IMG/VR virus record: IMGVR_UViG_3300035684_000001
Span: 32,001-96,000 of that record
Direction: 5' to 3' (one strand)
Length of the DNA stretch: 64,000 nucleotides
Origin: a virus
The notes below the pieces were generated by a model. The model did not search any database. It was not told where the DNA came from and saw only the letters and a program-made list of their open reading frames with translations. Shown here piece after piece: positions 8,010-17,725 of this stretch (positions are counted from its first letter, which is position 1; each line of letters begins with the position of its first letter). Made by a program: the position numbers and the translations under genes.

Positions 8010-9179
8010 TTAAACCTCCATTATTTTGGTTGAGTGTTCCCGCAATAGTGCTGCGATGCGACAGGCTTCTGGGCGATCGACATTCAGGTAATCACAAAAG
8101 CGAGTCTCTGTAATTAGTCCCCGATCCAGCGCCTCGATCGCCAGACATTGATAGTGGAGGGGGAACGTTTCAGTGCGTCGCGGAACCGTCTTTGCACTAA
8201 ACTCCTGCTGTACCTTTTTTAATTTCAGCCCGCGATCGCGCAGTTTTTCCCAAGTTCCAGTCCGCACAAGCTCCATTTCCTCTAGCTGACAAGCAAGCAC
8301 TTTTGCGGAAACGCCGTAGTAATGAGCTAGCGTGAATAGATGGGTCGGAGTAAACTTGCCATGCGCGCGGCACATATCGTTGAACCGCTTGAGCAAGCCA
8401 CTTGTGGGAATGAGGAAATATTTAGCAAATGATTCGACCGATCGCTCGCTCTCTGGAGTTCGCTGATATTTCCCCTCAAAATCCAACACAGCTTTTCGCC
8501 GATCTGTTAGGAAGCGAAAGTATTGACGGGCGATCGACCAGCGCTGTCGTTCTTCCGAATGATTAACATTGATTGCCATGCAACCGCCAAGTCGCTCGTC
8601 GTAGGTGTAAATCCCTGAGTATTTGGGTGGTAGATCTAGATAGAAAATGCGAAGCCCCACATCCTGCGCTAGAATTTCGTGCAGTCGTGAAACCGGACTG
8701 TCACCAAGCCCAAGTTGCTGACGTTCTGAAATCGCTATGCTTTCCGCCGCAACCTTAATAGGTAAATTTGTCACATCCTGTTCGGAAGGATAGTTCTGGG
8801 GAAGCGACGCAGACACAATCTCTTCAAGCTCTAGGTAGTTCCGGCACAAGTCCTCTAAACGCAAAACGGATGATTTGATCTGTACTTCTTCCCCCTCGTT
8901 GCACCGATAAGCTACCTGAAAATGTATCTCGAAAGGTTGAACAACCGGGTGATCGCACACAAATTCATTGACCGATCGCCCGTAGAGACAAGCAAGTTGA
9001 TTTAATTCCGCTGCTTTGACGGGGCGCTCTCCTTTCTCGATCGCCACTATCGTAGTACGTGCAACATAAATGGCTTTAGCAACATCAGATTGCTTCATAC
9101 CGCATTTTTGACGTGCTTGCCGGAGAAGCTCTCCCAGTTCCTGCGGGTTGGTGTTATCGAGGACTATCGTAGCAGTCAT
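8010..9179 (-). CDS. XRE HTH + ImmA/IrrE (Peptidase M78)-like protein lacking the HExxH motif
   Basis: N-terminal HTH (LRQARQKCGMKQSDVA...IVAIEKGER); ImmA-like region GLRIFYLDLP..YSGIY...MAINVNH.EERQRWSIA followed by RQYFR where HExxH is expected. Confidence 0.85.
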   Translation of the reverse strand: MTATIVLDNTNPQELGELLRQARQKCGMKQSDVAKAIYVARTTIVAIEKGERPVKAAELNQLACLYGRSVNEFVCDHPVVQPFEIHFQVAYRCNEGEEVQIKSSVLRLEDLCRNYLELEEIVSASLPQNYPSEQDVTNLPIKVAAESIAISERQQLGLGDSPVSRLHEILAQDVGLRIFYLDLPPKYSGIYTYDERLGGCMAINVNHSEERQRWSIARQYFRFLTDRRKAVLDFEGKYQRTPESERSVESFAKYFLIPTSGLLKRFNDMCRAHGKFTPTHLFTLAHYYGVSAKVLACQLEEMELVRTGTWEKLRDRGLKLKKVQQEFSAKTVPRRTETFPLHYQCLAIEALDRGLITETRFCDYLNVDRPEACRIAALLREHSTKIMEV

Positions 9180-9188
9180 AAATTTTCC

Positions 9189-9458
9189 TCAACTTATTTT
9201 TTCAAAACAATCAGTTAGTATCTCGATAGCTTCTCGTTTTGCCGCATTATCGCCAGATTTAGAACGTCGCAAAAGTTCTCGAAATCTTTCTTGGGGTGAA
9301 CTGTAAAAACCTTTACTGACCTGCTGCTCAAAAAGATAAAGCGCTGTTTCGTAGTTTGCCCGATCGCCCCCCATTGTATGCAACCAGATAGCACTAGCTT
9401 TTGCTACGGGGGTTCCGGGTTGAAAGACAATCTCCTCGACTTCTTTTAATAATGACAT
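9189..9458 (-). CDS. Hypothetical protein
   Basis: ATG ORF in a tightly packed minus-strand operon. Confidence 0.7.
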   Translation of the reverse strand: MSLLKEVEEIVFQPGTPVAKASAIWLHTMGGDRANYETALYLFEQQVSKGFYSSPQERFRELLRRSKSGDNAAKREAIEILTDCFEKIS

Positions 9459-9829
9459 TGTTCTTCCTCTTTACAGCAATATTCAAGCTCATCCCAATCT
9501 AGGTATTCAGGATGATTTAGCTCAGCTTTTTGAGCAATCCACACAATGTGATTTATTAAGGCAGTCTCCCTTTTTGAGAGTGGAAACTTTACTTTGCCAG
9601 AAAATCCAGCAACTGTCTCTAATTTTTGGAGGCATTCAATTGCGGGTTGCGCGATCGAAAAGGTCGTGACGTGCCTGCCTGTCTCCTTGTGCAAAATCTG
9701 ATAGGCTTCGCAATCTTCAAATATTTCATTGCGGGGGCGGATGACGATTGCAAAATTTTCAAGGGCGATCGCGGGAAAATGTAAAATTCTGTCTTTATGT
9801 GCAACAAGTTGTTGTTCGATGTACGTCAT
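9446..9829 (-). CDS. Hypothetical protein
   Basis: Likely start ATG 9829 (MTYIEQQ). Confidence 0.7.
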   Translation of the reverse strand: MTYIEQQLVAHKDRILHFPAIALENFAIVIRPRNEIFEDCEAYQILHKETGRHVTTFSIAQPAIECLQKLETVAGFSGKVKFPLSKRETALINHIVWIAQKAELNHPEYLDWDELEYCCKEEEQCHY

Positions 9830-9848
9830 GTTTTTGTAGTGCTTGTGT

Positions 9849-10220
9849 TTAGGTGTGAACAATGACGGAAAGACCAAAAGACTTTAGATTGTCAGCTACT
9901 TCGTTAGCAAGAACAATAATTTTATTTCGGTCTTCACCTACGAGTATATGACCTGATACCAAAAATAGGTTTCCATACCTAGGCGGTAGATTTTCCTCAA
10001 AGATAGTACCAGCACTGTATTTTAGAGTAGCAGAACTACCTGCATTTGCTTTTACTCTTTCAGATACTTCTTCGGAATGAAGGTGTAAAGGCAATGCACA
10101 TTTGTTTTTGAGGATCAAAAGTATCGATCGCGCCAACTTATAACTCTCTTGAGTTGTGGTTATATAGAAAGCCCTCGAATTAATATTAGAAATGTGAACG
10201 TCTGCGTGTTTTAAAAACAT
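9849..10220 (-). CDS. Hypothetical protein
   Basis: Operon-packed ORF; likely ATG 10220. Confidence 0.65.
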   Translation of the reverse strand: MFLKHADVHISNINSRAFYITTTQESYKLARSILLILKNKCALPLHLHSEEVSERVKANAGSSATLKYSAGTIFEENLPPRYGNLFLVSGHILVGEDRNKIIVLANEVADNLKSFGLSVIVHT

Positions 10221-10224
10221 CTTT

Positions 10225-10749
10225 TCACTTGTAGATAGTTTTTGATTCAAGAACTTCGCAAATTACTTTCTCGACACAACCTAATTGATTGGGGTGGGTC
10301 ATCGCGGTTTGATTGATATTTACTATCGGGCGATCGTCTATAAAGTTTTCGATCTGGCGCATACCCCAGTTGAACAACATTTCCTCACCTTGTTCTAGTT
10401 GAAATTCTTCACGTTCTTGTTTCCAGAAATTGATCAAGTGATCTAAGAGCAAAAATCGAGAACCTCTTTTGGCTGCGTCTTGCAATTCCCACTTGATTTT
10501 GGCTAACCTTCGATCTACTTGGGAGATTTGAATTTCAAACTGTTGGTGGTAATGACTGCCATGCCAAAAACCAAGAATAATATCAGACTCAATGACGCTC
10601 CCAGTTACCTCTATTGACTGAAATACATTCGATGATAGACAATTCCATTCTGGATTTTTGATAAAATACCGCAAAGAGTCTAAATCCGGTGGGTAAATTG
10701 GTGAACAGTAATCCCTGATATAGAGTTCAATTAATCTATCTTGTTGCAT
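10225..10749 (-). CDS. Hypothetical protein
   Basis: 174-aa ATG ORF in the operon. Confidence 0.7.
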   Translation of the reverse strand: MQQDRLIELYIRDYCSPIYPPDLDSLRYFIKNPEWNCLSSNVFQSIEVTGSVIESDIILGFWHGSHYHQQFEIQISQVDRRLAKIKWELQDAAKRGSRFLLLDHLINFWKQEREEFQLEQGEEMLFNWGMRQIENFIDDRPIVNINQTAMTHPNQLGCVEKVICEVLESKTIYK

Positions 10750-11207
10750 TTTAAACTCTCCTGTTTCGAGTTTTTAACGTGAGCATTCCAGGCAGCGATA
10801 GTTTCCTTTATAGGTAAAGATGTATCACGGTAAGTAGAATCGTAATAAACAGGAGTTCCAGTTTCTTTTGAGAAATGAACCTCACGCCCCCCAATTTCTT
10901 TTAAAGTTATCCTCTTTTTTGTTATTTTACTAACAACCAAAATTTTGTCTGCTCTAAGAGACATCGTAGGAGGCTTTATCCAGATTGGTCGAAGACAAGC
11001 TTCATCTTTTTCGTGAGACTCAGTTTTTTCGATCTCATCAATTTTACTTCTAATTAGTCCATAACAAAATCTATCTCCATCAAGATCTTTTTTTAATTTG
11101 CTTACCACAGCTATCCTTTGTTCAAGTTCTTTTTCTTCCCTTGCTAAAGATTCGCGCTGTTTTTCCAATTCTTCTAGCTCACGTTTTAACTCTGTTGATG
11201 TTTTCAT
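10731..11207 (-). CDS. Hypothetical protein with N-terminal coiled coil
   Basis: Start MKTSTELKRELEELEK after aaaacaATG. Confidence 0.75.
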   Translation of the reverse strand: MKTSTELKRELEELEKQRESLAREEKELEQRIAVVSKLKKDLDGDRFCYGLIRSKIDEIEKTESHEKDEACLRPIWIKPPTMSLRADKILVVSKITKKRITLKEIGGREVHFSKETGTPVYYDSTYRDTSLPIKETIAAWNAHVKNSKQESLKCNKID

Positions 11208-11299
11208 TGTTTTGTGTGTGTTTAATGGCAATTGAGTTGTATTTATTAGTACACAGCCCCGCAAATCTCAGAAAAAACTACTTATAGTTTAATCAGTTT

Positions 11300-11503
11300 T
11301 TACTCGTAATTTTTTACACACCAATCATAGATATTTTCCATGCCTTTAGCAAGCAAAGGATTGTCAGTCATAACTATCGCAACCCACATAGCACTCAGTC
11401 TCTCATCTTTTTCTTGTTTAGTTAAATTATTCCAAGTAAGTTTCGTGCCTACTATAACTAAAGGAAGTTGTAGTAATCGTTTGAATTCATTATAATTAGG
11501 CAT
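11300..11503 (-). CDS. Small hypothetical protein
   Basis: 67-aa ATG ORF coupled to the dam C-terminal remnant. Confidence 0.6.
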   Translation of the reverse strand: MPNYNEFKRLLQLPLVIVGTKLTWNNLTKQEKDERLSAMWVAIVMTDNPLLAKGMENIYDWCVKNYE

Positions 11504-11656
11504 TATCTTCTTCCTTTTTTGTGTTTTTAGTTGCCAAAATTTCGATCGCCCCTTTCTTCCTTCCCCTTTGCAGTTAATAGCTCTAGTTTTGTGGAAGGTA
11601 GTAATTTGGAATCCTAGGTCAGAGTAAAGTTCGATGACGCGATCGGTCGCACGATC
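11496..11656 (-). pseudogene. dam: Dam-type (D12 class) methyltransferase, C-terminal remnant
   Basis: Hand translation DRATDRVIELYSDLGFQITTFHKTRAINCKGEGRK / (frameshift) GAIEILATKN...* resembles the cyanobacterial Dam C-terminus (NQAT.RI.ELY..LGF......R.I.C.G.R..A.E.LAT). Confidence 0.65.
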
Positions 11657-11659
11657 TCA

Positions 11660-12397
11660 TTACATCTGAGCGGGTTTGTCAGTACCTAACAACCTCTGCA
11701 AATCTTCTAGCGTTCGTCGTTTCCCAGAAGGATTCGCCCATTTATTGATTCGATGAGGGATTTCCCTTTTGACTTGTTCAACCGTAGGGCTTTCATCTGG
11801 GTTTTTGTAAAATAGCGGAATTTCTGCTTTCGATAGCGACAGAATCTCTGTTAATCCGCTATTATTTGACTTTTGCCAGCAATAGATATTCGTTGGACAC
11901 ATATCTGTAGCCCATTCTCCTTTAGCTGATTTTGTGTAACAGAATCTGGGGACGTTGATTATTAGCGTTGGTGGATGACGCTTGAGAAAGTCGGCGCGAT
12001 CGTCGCAGACCTCAAGCCAGTTCAACCGGAGAATCATAGCAATACCAACCTTTGCGTGGGAATATGCGTTTTGGACAATTGGTGCGGCAAGTTTGCCATA
12101 CGGCGGATTGCTAAAAATCCAGTCAGCTTCCGGCAAAGTTTCCCAGTGTTGCGCTTTGGTTGCATCGCCGTGATAGTCGGCAGGCTTGTTTGAATCGATA
12201 TCGTTGAGCCAAATACTGAAGCCAGCCTCTTTCATGATTGTGGCGATCGCGCCATGTCCCGCGCAAGGCTCCCCGATCGTGCCAGAAAAAGGAATGTGAG
12301 CTAGTCCTAAAAGTGTCAACCATGCAGGAGTCTCGTAAAAGTCAAACTCATGTCTAGTCGATCTTAAATTATCTGTTTTGTTGTTTAGTGCGTACAT
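11660..12397 (-). CDS. Amino-DNA methyltransferase (probably N6-adenine)
   Basis: DFYETP, motif I EPCAGHGAI, motif IV SNPPY; true start ATG 12397 (MYALNNK). Confidence 0.88.
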   Translation of the reverse strand: MYALNNKTDNLRSTRHEFDFYETPAWLTLLGLAHIPFSGTIGEPCAGHGAIATIMKEAGFSIWLNDIDSNKPADYHGDATKAQHWETLPEADWIFSNPPYGKLAAPIVQNAYSHAKVGIAMILRLNWLEVCDDRADFLKRHPPTLIINVPRFCYTKSAKGEWATDMCPTNIYCWQKSNNSGLTEILSLSKAEIPLFYKNPDESPTVEQVKREIPHRINKWANPSGKRRTLEDLQRLLGTDKPAQM

Positions 12398-12435
12398 GAT
12401 GAAGTATGTGGCTCCTAGTACAGATTGACAAGCGG

Positions 12436-12603
12436 TTAGGATAGTTTTGGGGCAATCGCCATTACATCCCCCAGACCGCCGACAAACAATGAAACATATC
12501 TGAGTCGGTGATCGTAGTGTTCTGCTATTAATGGGGCGACCAGGGTTTTTCCTCCAAGCCATTTGACTAATGGTGGTAGTCGCTTGATTGTTGTTTTTGA
12601 CAT
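12436..12603 (-). pseudogene. dam: Dam-type methyltransferase, N-terminal remnant
   Basis: MSKTTIKRLPPLVKWLGGKTLVAP...YVSLFVGG matches the Dam N-terminus (KWAGGK...YVEPF.GG); a stop follows, then PLVNLY. Confidence 0.8.
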
Positions 12604-12682
12604 TGCCTTGAATTGCCGGAGGCGACCCGGCAATGCGCCCAAAAATTATTTTGAGTTCTCAACAAAAGCCGTTATTAACTTT

Positions 12683-13888
12683 TTAGAAAGTGTCGGGTTC
12701 TGACTCGGTTTCTCCGGTTTCAACTTCAACTGCTGCAACATTTTGAACTTCCTCTTCTTCGTATTGGTAATTTTCAACTTGTTCCTCAACTTTTTCTAGA
12801 GCGTTTAGACAGTTGAGAAAATCCTGAAGATTGGTGATCGACAACTTGTCTGCAACGCCTGTGCCTTCTGGGCTGGTGACACCGTAGCGTCGAAACGCCA
12901 TCTCGCGAGCCCATTCAGACTCTTTCCCCGTTTCCTTGAGTCGCTTCCCCAGTTCCCGCATCAATTCTCGTTTTAGGGATTGATCTTCATCGGGAACTGG
13001 AGTCAATGCTCGCACACCTGCATCAGCACTTTTCAGTAAAGAACCATCCCCAAAACCAAGTTGGTGCAATACTGCTTGCGGAAGTTGAACCCCGCGTTCT
13101 TTGGCTTGCACGTACTGCTGCCACAAGAGGAACCGTTGATACCATAGCGGTTCCACCGTTAAAGTTATAGGCCAGTCTGGAGTTTCGTTGGTAGTGCCTG
13201 TTCGTTTTTTGGAATTTTTATCGAAATTGGGGGCTTTACGTTTTCCGCTCAATCTCTTCAAAGTGAACGGAATTTTACCAAAAGTTTCAGGCCAAGGAAA
13301 TGGGGATAGACTTAGCGAACCAAATTCTCTGTAGTAGTTGAGCAGTTGTTTGGCGATCGAGAACACCTCTCCGGAATGTACTGTAGTCAAACTAGCTAAC
13401 TGGTATGGCTCGATCGCCTGCATTTCCTGTAAGTAAAAATACAGCGTTCCCATACCTTTGCAGCTTTTAGGACATTCTGGAAACTCTTCACCATCTTGTG
13501 CAAACTTGGCACAAGGAATTTCTTCCCTAGCTTCGACAACTTTTCGATAATCACCTTTTTGTGTAGTTACTTTTATGCAGTGCTTGAGAATGTTCCTGCC
13601 GTCGCAAACAATTTCAAGACCGCTCAGTGAGTAAGCTTTGTTAAAGTTTGGGAATGTATGATCGGGTTTAGAGTATGCCAAAAAAATGGGTATTTCTTCG
13701 TGATACGAATCTTTCTCGTAATTGATTTTTTCCCGCAACCACGGTGTGTCTATATGAAGTCTGAGCTTTTCTTTTAAATTAGCCCCTGGTCTATCGTCTT
13801 GCTTGATATCTCCTTTAAACACCTGAATAGCTGTTTTGACTTCCCGTACTTCTAATGAGTCCAAATCGGTCTTTCCAAAGATCGGCAT
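12683..13888 (-). CDS. Recombination directionality factor-like (Gp3-like) phage recombination protein
   Basis: KG....RPG..L....R, CDG, C...CK..G.LYF, LTT.HS, IPF.L.R pattern; acidic C-terminal tail. Confidence 0.65.
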   Translation of the reverse strand: MPIFGKTDLDSLEVREVKTAIQVFKGDIKQDDRPGANLKEKLRLHIDTPWLREKINYEKDSYHEEIPIFLAYSKPDHTFPNFNKAYSLSGLEIVCDGRNILKHCIKVTTQKGDYRKVVEAREEIPCAKFAQDGEEFPECPKSCKGMGTLYFYLQEMQAIEPYQLASLTTVHSGEVFSIAKQLLNYYREFGSLSLSPFPWPETFGKIPFTLKRLSGKRKAPNFDKNSKKRTGTTNETPDWPITLTVEPLWYQRFLLWQQYVQAKERGVQLPQAVLHQLGFGDGSLLKSADAGVRALTPVPDEDQSLKRELMRELGKRLKETGKESEWAREMAFRRYGVTSPEGTGVADKLSITNLQDFLNCLNALEKVEEQVENYQYEEEEVQNVAAVEVETGETESEPDTF

Positions 13889-13966
13889 TGCTTTTTTCCT
13901 GTGTTGAGTGTTGAATGTTGTTGACAAGCGTTCCAGAATTAAGTTTCTTCTGGAATGCAGGACAAA

Positions 13967-15058
13967 TTAGGACAGATCGTCTGTTACAGAAGCACTTCCA
14001 CTGGCGATCGCCTCAACAGCCAACCTAATTTCAAGACAAGGCACTCGCCCTAGCTCGATAGACTGTGTTCGATGCACCACCAAGTCTGGAATTTCGCTGG
14101 GAGATTTAGGAAGGTGTTCCGGGGACACGATGTGAATGTCATCTTCTGTAAGCTCGTCCAAGGGACAGTCTTTTAGCCCAGACTTGTAATCTAGGACTTG
14201 CTCTTCAGTCCAATTGAGTTCATGCAGTGTGATCTCTGAAGCGATCGCCACCTCAAATTCGCGACAAATAGCTACCATGAGCTCGGCTGGTACATCTTCC
14301 GATTTCGTTACAGTGAAAAGCTCGATCGCGCTTGGTGTAACTTTCAACTTTCGAGAGTTAATACTGTTCGTCGGGGTTAACAGGTGGAAGTAACCGTCGC
14401 CGTCCGGGCGATCGGACAGTGACCAACCAAACTCAGTATCTGAGCTACAGCAACCACCTTTTGTCCAGATGATTTTGTACAGGTTTAAAGTTGCGTGATC
14501 GGGCCAAGTCCAAATAGAGTGCTTGTAATTCGCGATGTCGTTTTCAGTTTTTTGTGCTGCAACTTTAAGATCGGAATTGTATCGGTCTGAATTTGCTGCC
14601 CAAAAACGATATTTCTGGTATTGTTCGATAATCTCACCGATGAGAGCGAACAAGTAATGGCAAAGGTTGTCTCTGTCGATCCATTTCCTTTCTGCATAAC
14701 CGAAGTAGCCACCTACGACGCTGACGCCAACAGTGCACTTGCCACCGCAAAGATTTTCTGGAGCTGCTAATGTAATGACCGTGTGAGCTACCCTAAAACT
14801 GTAAAGCCACAGTCCAGAATCACTCTCAACAACTGGAATTTCTGTTGATAAATCCAATCGACGCAGGATAGCGCAGGTGTATTTGTCCAAAAAATCCAAA
14901 AAGGCTTGCTTGCTTTCTTCAATATGCTTGAACTCAAGAGCTTTTTTCTCTAAACGTTGGCGATCGAATTCTTCGAGTTGGCGATCGCGCATCTTTTTGG
15001 CTTCTTCCAACAAGGAATATTGGATACCGGGGATTGAAGCTGTGTTTTCGATTGTCAT
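13967..15058 (-). CDS. Hypothetical protein
   Basis: 363-aa ATG ORF with aaaacaATG start context. Confidence 0.8.
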   Translation of the reverse strand: MTIENTASIPGIQYSLLEEAKKMRDRQLEEFDRQRLEKKALEFKHIEESKQAFLDFLDKYTCAILRRLDLSTEIPVVESDSGLWLYSFRVAHTVITLAAPENLCGGKCTVGVSVVGGYFGYAERKWIDRDNLCHYLFALIGEIIEQYQKYRFWAANSDRYNSDLKVAAQKTENDIANYKHSIWTWPDHATLNLYKIIWTKGGCCSSDTEFGWSLSDRPDGDGYFHLLTPTNSINSRKLKVTPSAIELFTVTKSEDVPAELMVAICREFEVAIASEITLHELNWTEEQVLDYKSGLKDCPLDELTEDDIHIVSPEHLPKSPSEIPDLVVHRTQSIELGRVPCLEIRLAVEAIASGSASVTDDLS

Positions 15059-15140
15059 TGTTTTGTGTTGTTGATAAGTGAGTTATCCGCCCTTTTAGCT
15101 CCTGCAAACACTGAGCAAAACGGTTTGACGGTTTGTTCTT

Positions 15141-15359
15141 TTAGATACCCCAACAGCCTAGGGGTTTGTTAACGGGATGATATTTATCTTTTTGATCTGA
15201 CAAGTAATCTACGGTACATACCGGAAACCACTTGTAATTATGTCTCCAAGGAGAAGGGCGATGCCCTGTGTTAGCTGGTGGTACAACCCATCCAATTACA
15301 GCATTATTTTGTTCGACTGTCAGCAGATCAGGGATTAAAATTGTGTTTTTGGCTGTCAT
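15141..15359 (-). CDS. Small hypothetical protein
   Basis: Likely start ATG 15359 (MTAKNT). Confidence 0.6.
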   Translation of the reverse strand: MTAKNTILIPDLLTVEQNNAVIGWVVPPANTGHRPSPWRHNYKWFPVCTVDYLSDQKDKYHPVNKPLGCWGI

Positions 15360-15394
15360 TGTTTTGCAAAGTTGTAGTTTGGTTATTCGATTGC

Positions 15395-15592
15395 CTAAAA
15401 CAAACAAAGCTGACCGTTGGAAGCTATCTTGTATTGAACGGTATTTTGGCGCAGTTTAGCTTCTTTATCGAGCAGTTCGCCGCAGCACCGTCGGATTAAC
15501 TTTCTGGAATAGCTAAAACGGATTATTAATCTGTTCAGCACAGCAATTCTCTGCTTGAGTTTTGCAATTTGCTTGGGAGTCATTTTTGTCAC
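15395..15592 (-). CDS. Small basic protein ending in a QLCLF clamp-binding-like motif
   Basis: C-terminus NGQLCLF*; coupled to the upstream gene. Confidence 0.7.
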   Translation of the reverse strand: MTKMTPKQIAKLKQRIAVLNRLIIRFSYSRKLIRRCCGELLDKEAKLRQNTVQYKIASNGQLCLF

Positions 15593-16527
15593 CCCGCGAC
15601 AGAAGCTACCCGATCACCCGCGCCGACCTTAACACTCTTCATTTCTAAATACTTGAGTGCCATCGATCTGGTCAAGAACTTGTGTCCTCTGGCTTGCCCG
15701 TAACGCCACACCCACCACCAGCCATCGCACGACTGATGGATTCGTCCAAAGCGGCATAGTTCACCTATTTTACTTAAAGGATCGAACCTCTTGCCCGCTT
15801 CCACCGCCTGCCGGATTACCGTGTGGTGGTAGTTGCGGTGAGCGCGCTCGGAAGCACAAAAGTTTTTTGTACCCGATTGAAGCACGACATAGATGCAGTC
15901 GCCTTCGATAAAGAAAGGGCGACTTTTTTCTTCTCGACCCAATATCTCCCCTTGAAAAGGGGTTTTCCAGGTTATTGTCTCGCGATCCACACATTCAGTG
16001 CGGACGGGGCGATCAAGTAACTTTTTGGGGTTCAGGATGTCATCTTTCAAACTGGCGATCGCCTCCTCAATTTGGTCTAAACTCCAAACTTCTTCTACTG
16101 GTTTTACTAACGGTGCCGGTGCAGGCAAATACCATTCTTCTACTTGACTGCCAGCAGGGGTGCGGACTACCAAACGAATACGCCCGTCGTCCATTAATGT
16201 TTTGCCTGCAACCACCCACAGGGGGTGATATGGCATTCCGATGTACTCGCCGATCGCCACTTCTGAACTTACCTTATCCCATATCTTTGGGAGAGTTGAC
16301 AATGCAGGAGAGGTGGCGGGTTCGTTTTCTTGCTCTAGTTGCGAGGCGATCGGTTGAGGGGCGATCGGTTCTTCAACCTTCTGGGGTTGTACCTCTAGAA
16401 TCCGGTTCTCGTAATCTCGACGGGTGCGAGAATCGGCCGTTGCCTTCAAACCCAGAGAAGCGTGAAGCTTGCGAATTTCGTCCCAAGAAAGGGCGCTTAG
16501 AGTTTCTCGCGTGTGTACTGTTATCAT
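15589..16527 (-). CDS. Hypothetical early protein
   Basis: 312-aa ORF, first gene after the promoter at 16588-16617. Confidence 0.8.
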   Translation of the reverse strand: MITVHTRETLSALSWDEIRKLHASLGLKATADSRTRRDYENRILEVQPQKVEEPIAPQPIASQLEQENEPATSPALSTLPKIWDKVSSEVAIGEYIGMPYHPLWVVAGKTLMDDGRIRLVVRTPAGSQVEEWYLPAPAPLVKPVEEVWSLDQIEEAIASLKDDILNPKKLLDRPVRTECVDRETITWKTPFQGEILGREEKSRPFFIEGDCIYVVLQSGTKNFCASERAHRNYHHTVIRQAVEAGKRFDPLSKIGELCRFGRIHQSCDGWWWVWRYGQARGHKFLTRSMALKYLEMKSVKVGAGDRVASVAG

Positions 16528-16587
16528 TGTTAGGAAGTTTTATTTACCTTTGGGCGTTCTTGGCGGAGCGCTTTTTCGTGTGACTTC

Positions 16588-16617
16588 ATTATGCAAGGTA
16601 TACTTTACATCTGTCAA
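16588..16617 (-). promoter_or_regulatory. Sigma70-type promoter TTGACA-N18-CATAAT driving the leftward early operon
   Basis: Minus strand reads TTGACAgatgtaaagtataccttgCATAAT. Confidence 0.7.
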
Positions 16618-16880
16618 GCCTTTTCCGAATTTTTATTTTTGCGGGTACTGAATGCCAGTACGAACTCAGCAAATGTACACTCAAGAAGATCGATAACCGC
16701 AAACATCTCGGCGGGGGTAAAAGTCGGAATCTCCCGATTGTTAGCCCACGCTGAAACCGACTGCCTGCTTAACGATCGCCCAGATATATCAGCCCAAGCT
16801 TTCTGGGTTAGCTCCGTAAAGCGTTGCTGAGTTAGTCGCCTGCGCTTAAGGATTTTTTTAAAATTGAGATTTTCTTCCAC
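16614..16880 (-). CDS. XRE-family HTH transcriptional regulator
   Basis: LKRRRLTQQRFTE...LSRQSVSAWANNREIP. Confidence 0.85.
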   Translation of the reverse strand: MEENLNFKKILKRRRLTQQRFTELTQKAWADISGRSLSRQSVSAWANNREIPTFTPAEMFAVIDLLECTFAEFVLAFSTRKNKNSEKA

Positions 16881-17008
16881 TGGTTTTTTGGTGTAATGTG
16901 TGCTTTACTAAAATAACACAAGCGATCGCGCCCAATGTCGATACTTCAGAAAAAACCATCAGGTCGATCTGAAAGTTTCGAGTGATCGCCCACAAAGGAG
17001 ATTCAACA

Positions 17009-17284
17009 ATGCCTACCGACAGACTCAACCGTTTAATACTCAACATCAACAGACTGACCGAAGTCGAGATCGTACCGACCAACGACGACGAGGGTTGGTA
17101 CTGGGAGTGGCGGTGTGCTCATGGCGAAGTGTTCAAAAGTGAAGATCTGGCGCTGATCGACTGGATTCAACGCATTTGCAAAGATTACGAGAACTTGCTA
17201 GTAGAGGTTAACGATGACGATAGTGATGATGAAGTTGAAGATTCTCAGCCCATGACAACGATGAGACTTTTTTGCCCGGAGTGA
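17009..17284 (+). CDS. Hypothetical protein
   Basis: AAGGAG Shine-Dalgarno before ATG 17009. Confidence 0.75.
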   Translation: MPTDRLNRLILNINRLTEVEIVPTNDDEGWYWEWRCAHGEVFKSEDLALIDWIQRICKDYENLLVEVNDDDSDDEVEDSQPMTTMRLFCPE

Positions 17285-17338
17285 CCACAAGATAAGTTAA
17301 TAAGTAAATCACACCGCTCACCCACAACTTACAACAAA

Positions 17339-17725
17339 ATGTCCAAACAACACTCAGAGGTCAACATGAACGACAAAAACAACAAAATATCGAGAGAGTG
17401 TCTGGTCGAAATTAAATATTTTCAACCAGAAAAGAAATCATATTCAGGAAAATCCGCATTAGATGGTTATGCTCATTACCTGTCCCGGTACGTGTATACA
17501 AACTGTTGGCAGCGAATCACTGATCGCGGGCTAATTCAATGTCGCGAGGTTGGCGGTCAAGCTTGGTGGGATTTCCCTGATGGAGTGTGCGAGAAGTTTT
17601 TAAATCACTATCGAGCGGAAATTGTTGGGGAAATTGACGGCGATCGATATCTCGAAAGAAATAGATACGAACTCGCTCAACCAATTACTTGGGAATACGT
17701 AGAAAAAATCTGTAACGGAGGTTAA
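17339..17725 (+). CDS. Hypothetical protein
   Basis: 128-aa ATG ORF. Confidence 0.7.
   Translation: MSKQHSEVNMNDKNNKISRECLVEIKYFQPEKKSYSGKSALDGYAHYLSRYVYTNCWQRITDRGLIQCREVGGQAWWDFPDGVCEKFLNHYRAEIVGEIDGDRYLERNRYELAQPITWEYVEKICNGG

Noticed and set aside
15393-15413. 18/21-nt similarity between the QLCLF gene end and the twin sRNA body as a targeting interaction
   Set aside because: Same-sense, low-complexity T-rich match, so it cannot base-pair with that mRNA and may be chance.
15975-16583. 202-aa plus-strand ORF (likewise 19352-19915 and 20350-20790)
   Set aside because: Antisense to well-supported genes.
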